Part shown: piece by piece, positions 25,592 to 32,000 of the stretch | Layout of the letters: every line of letters starts with the position of its first letter | Numbering within the stretch: position 1 is the first letter of the stretch | NCBI RefSeq assembly: GCF_000009705.1 | Contig: NC_003272.1 | Span: forward strand, 5,220,001 to 5,252,000 | From: Nostoc sp. PCC 7120 = FACHB-418 | GTDB lineage: Bacteria; Cyanobacteriota; Cyanobacteriia; Cyanobacteriales; Nostocaceae | Length of the DNA: 32,000 bases | Direction of reading: 5' to 3' | The notes under the pieces: generated by a model | What the model was told of the DNA's origin: nothing | What the model saw: the letters and a program-made list of their open reading frames with translations, nothing else | Database searches by the model: none | Program-made: the position numbers and the translations under genes

Positions 25592-27775
25592 CTAACCCAC
25601 GAGGAAAATATAGGCTCCCCAGGCTTGGGCTGCGACTGCCAAGATAATAGACCAGATGGGGTGGGGGCTATGAATGGTTTTACCACTTTGGGTTTGGATA
25701 GTTTGGATGTCTATCCAGGGTGTAGCACCTCGGCGAAACCAACCTGTAACAATAATCTGCCGACCAACCAAATCTTGGGGATTAATTGGTTGTCCTAGCC
25801 AAGAAACATGATGTAATTTCACTAAGCCTGTGCTGGATTGGAGAATTAAGTCTTGGGATAGAAAGTTACTCATGCCTTGGCGACCTAATAGCTTGCCGAC
25901 AAACTGCACAGGAATGCTGTCTATGGGTAGGCTAGAGGGATTTGCTAACAGGTGGGGTAGTTGTTGATCAGTGTGGATGTTGCTTTGCTTAATGTTGGGA
26001 AAAAAGGAGTTCATCCTGATGACTGTACCAATGCTGAAGCCGATGAGTAGGCAACCTGTCACGAAAGACAAATCTTCATAAATCCACTTTAAATTTAAAA
26101 ACTTGAGTGCGAAGGCAGTTTGCCAAACTAGCCAAATTAATCCAGCAAAGACGAAACCTAGAGGCACACCGAAAAAAGGAGCTGTTTGCCGTAAGAATGA
26201 TTGACGGGTGACTTGTAATGTCTGTTCACTGAGTGATTGTTGGCTAGTTATATGAACTTCTGGATCTATATGCCAATGCTGGGCTATTTGACAGAGGTTA
26301 CGGATGCGATCGCCTATTAAAGGATGGGTATTGTTAACTGTTAACCAACGGCGATAGGGGTTAATACTATCCCACATCAACAAAGATTCAAAGGTCAGAT
26401 GACCAGCAATACTCCCTAAAGAAATGCTTTGTTGATAGCTGACTGGCAGCAAGACATTTAAGCTTTCTAATAAACCACTGGTTTGTTCTTCCCTTTTTAC
26501 ATCGTTCGCAATGCCGATGCTCATCTTCAGCAAGGCGCGAGTCAAGCCATTGGGATTACCTGTAACTTCTGCCGCTAGGCGATCGCTGTGGTAAGGTCTA
26601 AGTCGTGAGTAAAGCAACGCCGTACCAGTCAACACACACCACAATCCATAGATCAAACTAGAAGTAATGGTCAACGGCCAGTGAAATGCGCCTTTTGATA
26701 ATTTGTCTGCCCATACAGCAACTTGCTGATACAATTGATGAATTGGTAGGGTGATCAGCAGTACCAATGACATGAGGACAAAATCTTGGTGAGTGATCTG
26801 TCCTAGTTGTGCAGCATAAATAGCAGCAATCTCATCATCTGCAAGTTGTTCTAATAATCCTTGACTGACAACGATTCTGGCGTTCCGAGGTAAGTTTCCA
26901 TAGGTCAACGCTATGGGTGCAGCTATGGGTAAAATCCGTAGTTGGGGTGACGGCCAATGTCGCTGTTGGCAGTAACGATGTAGAACACGGGAGGTTTCCC
27001 GACTGTAATTAGGCAGTACATCTTTAGATAGCTCTTTTTGTCCATAAAAATAAGCTAAGAGCCAATCTAGTAACCAAGGCGATGTGGCGATCGCTATGAA
27101 CAAAATAGCTAATATCAATCGGCTAGGATCTCGATATAATAGCTGCAATGGTTCCAAGTAAGGCAGTTTCACTAAAGTGATGTTAATGGCTGCCATGACG
27201 GACTTGAGGATTTCTTTCAGCACCCAAAACAGGGCGATAAATGTTCCTACTGATAGCAACCGCAAAGGTATTAAACTCGGCTTTTTTAAAGGTTGCCAGA
27301 CTTTGGCGCGTTTTGCTTGTCGCCAATAAATCCCAAATTCTTTGGGTTGGGTATAACCTGGAGAGTTTAATAAGCCGTTGTTACCTACATATTTATTTTG
27401 CAAGCCCACAGATGGCACAGATGGCACAGATGATGAGTAGTGAGGCTTGGTAGTTGCGGCTGGAGATGTATCTGCGGCTGCATGATGAGAATTTTGCGGC
27501 TTTTTGCGTTTTTTTGTCAGGTGTGTCAGGGCAACATTAGCCCATTCTTTCACCTGGGTATTTTGGCTTTCGGTTAGAGTTTGACACAGGGCGATCGCTT
27601 TCTTGAGTTCGCCACTACGTGCATAAGCCATGACTAAACCTACTCTAGCTTGCAGGCTAGCCGTTCCATTCCCCTGGGTGGCGATGGGTTCTAGTTGAGC
27701 GATCGCTGTTTGATAATTTCCCTGCTTGAGGGCCGCTAAACCAGCCTCCAAAGCCGATTCAGTATGTGAAGGCAT
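25592..27775 (-). CDS. Polytopic membrane protein: N-terminal TPR region plus an M48-like domain with a degenerate active site
   Basis: I moved the start to ATG 27775 (MPSHTESALEAGLAALKQGNYQTAIAQL..., TPR-like). DEIAAIYAAQLGQITHQD aligns to AELASVIAHEIGHIGGRH of the M48 protease at 16720..17577, and NTHPLIGDRIRNL aligns to STHPATGDRITSL. Multiple TM segments are present. Confidence 0.75.
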   Translation of the reverse strand: MPSHTESALEAGLAALKQGNYQTAIAQLEPIATQGNGTASLQARVGLVMAYARSGELKKAIALCQTLTESQNTQVKEWANVALTHLTKKRKKPQNSHHAAADTSPAATTKPHYSSSVPSVPSVGLQNKYVGNNGLLNSPGYTQPKEFGIYWRQAKRAKVWQPLKKPSLIPLRLLSVGTFIALFWVLKEILKSVMAAINITLVKLPYLEPLQLLYRDPSRLILAILFIAIATSPWLLDWLLAYFYGQKELSKDVLPNYSRETSRVLHRYCQQRHWPSPQLRILPIAAPIALTYGNLPRNARIVVSQGLLEQLADDEIAAIYAAQLGQITHQDFVLMSLVLLITLPIHQLYQQVAVWADKLSKGAFHWPLTITSSLIYGLWCVLTGTALLYSRLRPYHSDRLAAEVTGNPNGLTRALLKMSIGIANDVKREEQTSGLLESLNVLLPVSYQQSISLGSIAGHLTFESLLMWDSINPYRRWLTVNNTHPLIGDRIRNLCQIAQHWHIDPEVHITSQQSLSEQTLQVTRQSFLRQTAPFFGVPLGFVFAGLIWLVWQTAFALKFLNLKWIYEDLSFVTGCLLIGFSIGTVIRMNSFFPNIKQSNIHTDQQLPHLLANPSSLPIDSIPVQFVGKLLGRQGMSNFLSQDLILQSSTGLVKLHHVSWLGQPINPQDLVGRQIIVTGWFRRGATPWIDIQTIQTQSGKTIHSPHPIWSIILAVAAQAWGAYIFLVG

Positions 27776-28067
27776 AGAAATTCTGGCACTCCCATCTCTG
27801 CTAATTGATCTACGGTGATGCAACAGCGCGGTATCAGTTCAAAATACCCTGCGGGAAGCAAGCTACAAAATAGCCTACGGCAAGGCTGCGCCAACAAAAT
27901 TCAAAATGAACGAACCCAAACCTGACAGTGGCTTCTGAGTTTATCTTTGAATAATAAATTTGCTTGAACTGATTTTAAATGCCAGTAAATTCCAGCCTAG
28001 CAATTTCTAATTCTTGATTCGCAATTCGTAATTAATACGTCTAGTATTATTAATTTTGAATTTTGAA

Positions 28068-29690
28068 TTATTCTACTGTTTGGCTAGAAAAAACTGGGGC
28101 GATCGCGCTGAGTTTTAACTCTGGATGATCTCCCTGTAACTGTTGACAGTTCCACTCGTTGCGGAACAGTAAAACTGGGCGGTTCATGCTGTCTTTGACT
28201 GTGGTGGTGTTGAATATACGTCCCACCTTGTTCAAAGCTTCCCAACCGCCCTCGACCCAACGGGCGACGCTGTAAGGTAGTAGTTCCAGAATGGTTTCTA
28301 CACCATACTCGTTTTGTAAGCGAAACTGCACCACCTCGAATTGCAGCTGACCCACAGCTGCCATAATTGGGTCGCGCTTGGCTTCATCGTTAGAGTACAT
28401 AATTTGCACTGCACCCTCTTCGCGCAATTCGGAGATGCCTTTCTGAAATTGCTTAAATTTCGAGGGGTTTGGGTTGCGAAGAGTCGCAAATAGTTCTGGT
28501 GAAAAATACGGAATTCCTTCATATTCCAGCTTTTGCCCCGTGTAAATTGTATCGCCGATCGCAAAAACACCTGGATTATTCAAACCGATCACATCACCTG
28601 GATAAGCTACATCAATCGATTCCCGTTCTTGGGCAAAGAGCTTTTGTGGACGCGATAGGCGCACAATTTTGCCAGTCCGGGCGTGATTAACTGTCATATC
28701 TTTTTCAAACTTACCAGTGCAGACCCGGATAAAAGCAACCCGATCTCGATGCTTGGGGTCCATATTGGCTTGTAATTTAAAGACAAAACCAGAAAACTCT
28801 GGGTATGTGGGAGGTACTTCACCAACGCTGCTGATGTGGACACCGGGTTTTAGGGCATAGTCTAGGAAGTACTTGAGGAATAACTCAACCCCAAAGTTTG
28901 TCATGGCACTACCAAAGAAAACTGGTGTCATCTTGCCTTGATGTACCAAATCTAAATCTAGTTCCGGGCCGACACCTTCTAAAAGTTCTAGATCGTTTTT
29001 CAGTTGGTAATACAAATCTTCTTCTAATAGCTCTTCAATTCTGGGGTCGCCCAACTCAACTGTTGTATCACGGGCTTCCTTGCTACCGTGAGCGCTACGT
29101 TCAAACAGGTGGATTTGTTGCTTGTGACGATCAAATACTCCCTTGAAGCGATCGCCCATGCCAATCGGCCAGTTAACAGCATAGGTCTGTAAACCCAATT
29201 CTTGCTCAATCTCGTCTAATAACTCCAGTGGTTCCCTACCTGGACGGTCAAGTTTGTTAATAAATGTGAAGATTGGTAAACCTCGTAATTTACACACCTC
29301 AAATAACTTGCGCGTTTGGGGTTCCAAACCTTTAGCCACGTCAATTAACATCACCGCATTATCAGCCGCCGCCAAGGTGCGATAAGTGTCTTCACTAAAA
29401 TCTTGGTGTCCGGGTGTGTCGAGTAAATTAATCTGGCAATTTTGGTACTCAAACTGTAATACTGTAGATGTAATGGAAATACCTCGTTGTTGTTCCATTG
29501 CCATCCAGTCTGAGGTAGCTTTGCGTTGAGCGCGGCGGGCTTTGACTGCCCCAGCTTCGTGAATTGCACCCCCGTACAATAGTAATTTTTCTGTCAGCGT
29601 AGTTTTACCAGCGTCAGGGTGAGAGATAATAGCAAAATTGCGGCGAAGCTCAACTGCTTGGTGGAGTTCCGTCTGTATTTCAGTTGACAT
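28068..29690 (-). CDS. prfC: Peptide chain release factor 3
   Basis: 540 aa. [60 protein letters not shown] is the RF3 GTPase N-terminus, with DTPGHQDF and NKLD following. Confidence 0.95.
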
Positions 29691-30504
29691 AAAATGTATT
29701 AACTTCCTTGTTACGTAACTTAACTTAATTTTTTTCTACTTTAGCGAGTCTTTTCATCTTAAAACAACGATGCTCGTGATAGGGTTATTCCCGGAAATTC
29801 AAAATACGCTGAGATTTTGAGAATAGATTCTCCTCTATGTATCTTGGGTTAACAAAATTACTTTTTAAACACAGTCCCTCAGTAGAAAATTTCCCAACCA
29901 AGCAGGAAAATATCCTTCCCTTACACCCTGATCTTTTTCAAGCTAGAGATATAGAAAAATCAAAAAGCTTTAATGGTGTTTAAAAAAAAGCTAAATCAGC
30001 AAATCAGTTGCTCATTAACCCGTAGTTTTATGAAATGATAAATACAGTTTACCTGTGCTGGATTTCTGGGTGATTGTTTGCCCTAAGAGGTGGCTATCTG
30101 CTGCCTTATTTCCTTGTTAGCAGACATTCAGAAAGATTCATTACTCACTTTTTTAATAAAAATTATCATAAATGTATCCCAAAAATTGAGAATTTAAAAA
30201 TAGGCGATCGCTGATTTCGTCAAATCTCAATTGTCTGATTATTAACAAATAGAATTTAAAAAGTTCTCGATTTTTGAGATGTAATACAGATGCCTACCGA
30301 GTGGAAAAATTCCCATCTACAACACTGACAACTAATAACACGCAACAGCACGGTAAAATACAAAATTGCCCCACAACTTGAAGCAGAGTAGGGCAAAGGA
30401 CAGTTAAGCACTTTTTGTAGTCTGTCCGACGACAACGGAGTTTCGCCAGACTTTTGTGACGCTTTGTTTTGTGTCCATACCATTGTTATTTTTTACAAAA
30501 CTTT

Positions 30505-31485
30505 ATGTTTCCAACACACCGCCCTCGTCGTTTGCGTACCCATCCCCAATTACGCCGCATGGTACGTGAGACTGTATTGACTACCAATGATTTGATTTAC
30601 CCGTTGTTTGCTGTTCCCGGAGAAGGAATTGCTAACGAAGTAAAATCTATGCCTGGTGTCTATCAACTATCGGTAGATAAGATTGTTGAGGAAGCTAAAG
30701 AGGTTCACGATTTAGGCATTCCCGCAATTATTTTGTTTGGTATTCCCGCAGATAAGGATACAGATGCGACAGGTGCTTGGCATGATTGCGGTATTGTCCA
30801 AAAGGCTGCAACGGCTGTAAAAGCAGCAGTACCCGATTTGATTGTAATTGCGGATACTTGTTTGTGCGAGTACACCAGTCATGGACATTGCGGTTATTTG
30901 CAAGTGGGTGATTTGACAGGACGAGTATTGAATGACCCTACTTTAGAATTGTTGAAGAAAACCGCAGTTTCCCAAGCCAAAGCTGGTGCGGATATTATCG
31001 CCCCTTCCGGGATGATGGATGGCTTTGTGCAGGCAATTCGCGCAGGTTTAGATGAAGCAGGATTTCAAGACACGCCGATTTTGTCTTATGCTGCTAAGTA
31101 TGCTTCGGCTTATTATGGCCCATTTAGGGATGCAGCAGATTCTACACCACAATTTGGAGATAGAAGAACCTACCAAATGGACCCTGGTAACTCCCGCGAA
31201 GCTATCAGAGAAATTGAACTAGATATAGCTGAAGGCGCTGATATGTTGATGGTGAAGCCTGCTTTGGCTTACATGGACATTATTTGGCAGGTAAAGGAAG
31301 CCAGTAATTTACCTGTGGCTGCTTACAATGTGTCTGGTGAATATTCGATGGTGAAAGCTGCGGCGCTGAATGGTTGGATTGATGAACAGCGCGTAGTGAT
31401 GGAAACTTTAACTGGGTTTAAGCGTGCTGGTGCTGACCTGATTTTAACCTATCACGCTAAAGATGCTGCTCGTTGGTTACCGTAG
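30505..31485 (+). CDS. hemB: Porphobilinogen synthase (delta-aminolevulinic acid dehydratase)
   Basis: 326 aa from ATG 30505. [23 protein letters not shown] is the typical HemB N-terminus. The active-site region is [15 protein letters not shown], and the Schiff-base Lys context is MVKPA. Confidence 0.95.
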   Translation: MFPTHRPRRLRTHPQLRRMVRETVLTTNDLIYPLFAVPGEGIANEVKSMPGVYQLSVDKIVEEAKEVHDLGIPAIILFGIPADKDTDATGAWHDCGIVQKAATAVKAAVPDLIVIADTCLCEYTSHGHCGYLQVGDLTGRVLNDPTLELLKKTAVSQAKAGADIIAPSGMMDGFVQAIRAGLDEAGFQDTPILSYAAKYASAYYGPFRDAADSTPQFGDRRTYQMDPGNSREAIREIELDIAEGADMLMVKPALAYMDIIWQVKEASNLPVAAYNVSGEYSMVKAAALNGWIDEQRVVMETLTGFKRAGADLILTYHAKDAARWLP

Positions 31486-31532
31486 GGTAGGCTATCTCAC
31501 GCATAGGCGCGGAAATATAGAGTTTTTCGTGT

Positions 31533-32000
31533 TTAGGCGTGAGATTGATTTTCGTCACAGTTACGGGAATACTCAAACTCGGCTTCTTGTTCTCTTTTTC
31601 CTTGGGAAAAAATTGGACAGAGTTTTGTGTTGGCACTCATACAATCCATGTGTGGTGTCTTGGCACAAACTAACAGTAAAATACTCAAGATAAATAACAA
31701 ACCACAAATTGCTGCTGTTTGAATTGCAGAGATATCTAGTACGCCATGAACAACTACTTCTCGCAGAACTGATACAATAGCTACCTCTACGGCTACACCT
31801 ACAGAAATACTATGTTCCTGCAAGTAGACCATTAATAGTCTAAATAATTCCACCAAAATCAAGATGAAGAGTATTTTTGCCGTGACTACTTTATAGTTGA
31901 GTGGCTGAGTAAGTGCTATAAATATACCCCACAACTGTATAAGCATGACGACGAATAAAACTAAGCATAAGACTATGACTAATAAATCTTGAAATGCTTC
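31533..32000 (-). CDS. Small polytopic membrane protein, PsiE-like; the frame stays open to the right edge, so the start is not determinable
   Basis: The track ORF starts at Met 31946, but the 18 codons upstream (EAFQDLLVIVLCLVLFVV) contain no stop up to position 32000. ...ILVELFRLLMVYLQEHSISVGVAVEVAIVSVLREVVV resembles the phosphate-starvation-inducible PsiE family. This recollection is weak. Confidence 0.4.
   Translation of the reverse strand, partial: EAFQDLLVIVLCLVLFVVMLIQLWGIFIALTQPLNYKVVTAKILFILILVELFRLLMVYLQEHSISVGVAVEVAIVSVLREVVVHGVLDISAIQTAAICGLLFILSILLLVCAKTPHMDCMSANTKLCPIFSQGKREQEAEFEYSRNCDENQSHA

Noticed and set aside
27833-27973. A 10-bp inverted repeat (atcagttcaa / ttgaactgat) bracketing about 140 nt between the TPR/M48-like gene and prfC, possibly another MITE.
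   Set aside because: The arms are short, no internal structure or target duplication is visible, and a 10-bp match in AT-rich spacer can arise by chance.
1-32000. A by-eye search for tRNA (GGTTCGAATCC-type T-arms), rRNA, tmRNA 3' end, the RNase P GGAAAGTCC box and the SRP RNA motif.
   Set aside because: I found no convincing match. The closest strings (gggtttcgttcc at about 23738, ggggaaaggga on the minus strand at about 24110-24120) lack the surrounding conserved structure.

Overview
This 32-kb chromosomal segment looks like a filamentous, heterocyst-forming cyanobacterium (Nostoc/Anabaena type). The HIP1 octamer GCGATCGC occurs about once per kb, STRR-type heptamer arrays fill several spacers, and the gene content is cyanobacterial (chlH, clpR-clpP, PEP-CTERM protein, Uma2 nuclease, RRM protein). 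I call 24 protein-coding genes: two are truncated by the window edges and one is split by a frameshift. I see no rRNA, tRNA, CRISPR array, transposase or integrase. Left to right: clpP (partial) and clpR; two tandem, translationally coupled vWA paralogs; hicAB; a frameshifted LRAT/NlpC-P60-like gene; a Uma2 nuclease; Mg-chelatase H; two paralogous Hanks-type Ser/Thr kinases flanking a secreted beta-solenoid-like repeat protein; a DUF2470 protein; a PPP-family phosphatase; an M48 protease; a DUF4330 protein; an NFACT/RqcH-like protein; a PEP-CTERM protein; an SPS-like GT4 glycosyltransferase; a 1.6-kb ORF-free AT-rich gap; an RRM protein; a large TPR plus degenerate-M48 membrane protein; prfC; hemB; and a PsiE-like membrane protein (partial). 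Most of this is ordinary core genome, and I do not see a convincing self-contained novel multi-gene system. The items most worth follow-up are: (1) the LRAT-like gene broken by one extra A next to hicAB; (2) the M48 homolog whose HExxH is replaced by AQxxQ; (3) the convergent-gene spacer made of two heptamer arrays, each G-rich on the sense strand of its upstream gene; (4) the ORF-free gap with an NtcA-type promoter and an orphan strong terminator; (5) the kinase / secreted repeat protein / kinase / phosphatase neighbourhood; (6) the coupled cytoplasmic vWA pair. From memory the gene order resembles the pknA/pknD to spsB neighbourhood of Anabaena sp. PCC 7120, but I cannot verify that here.
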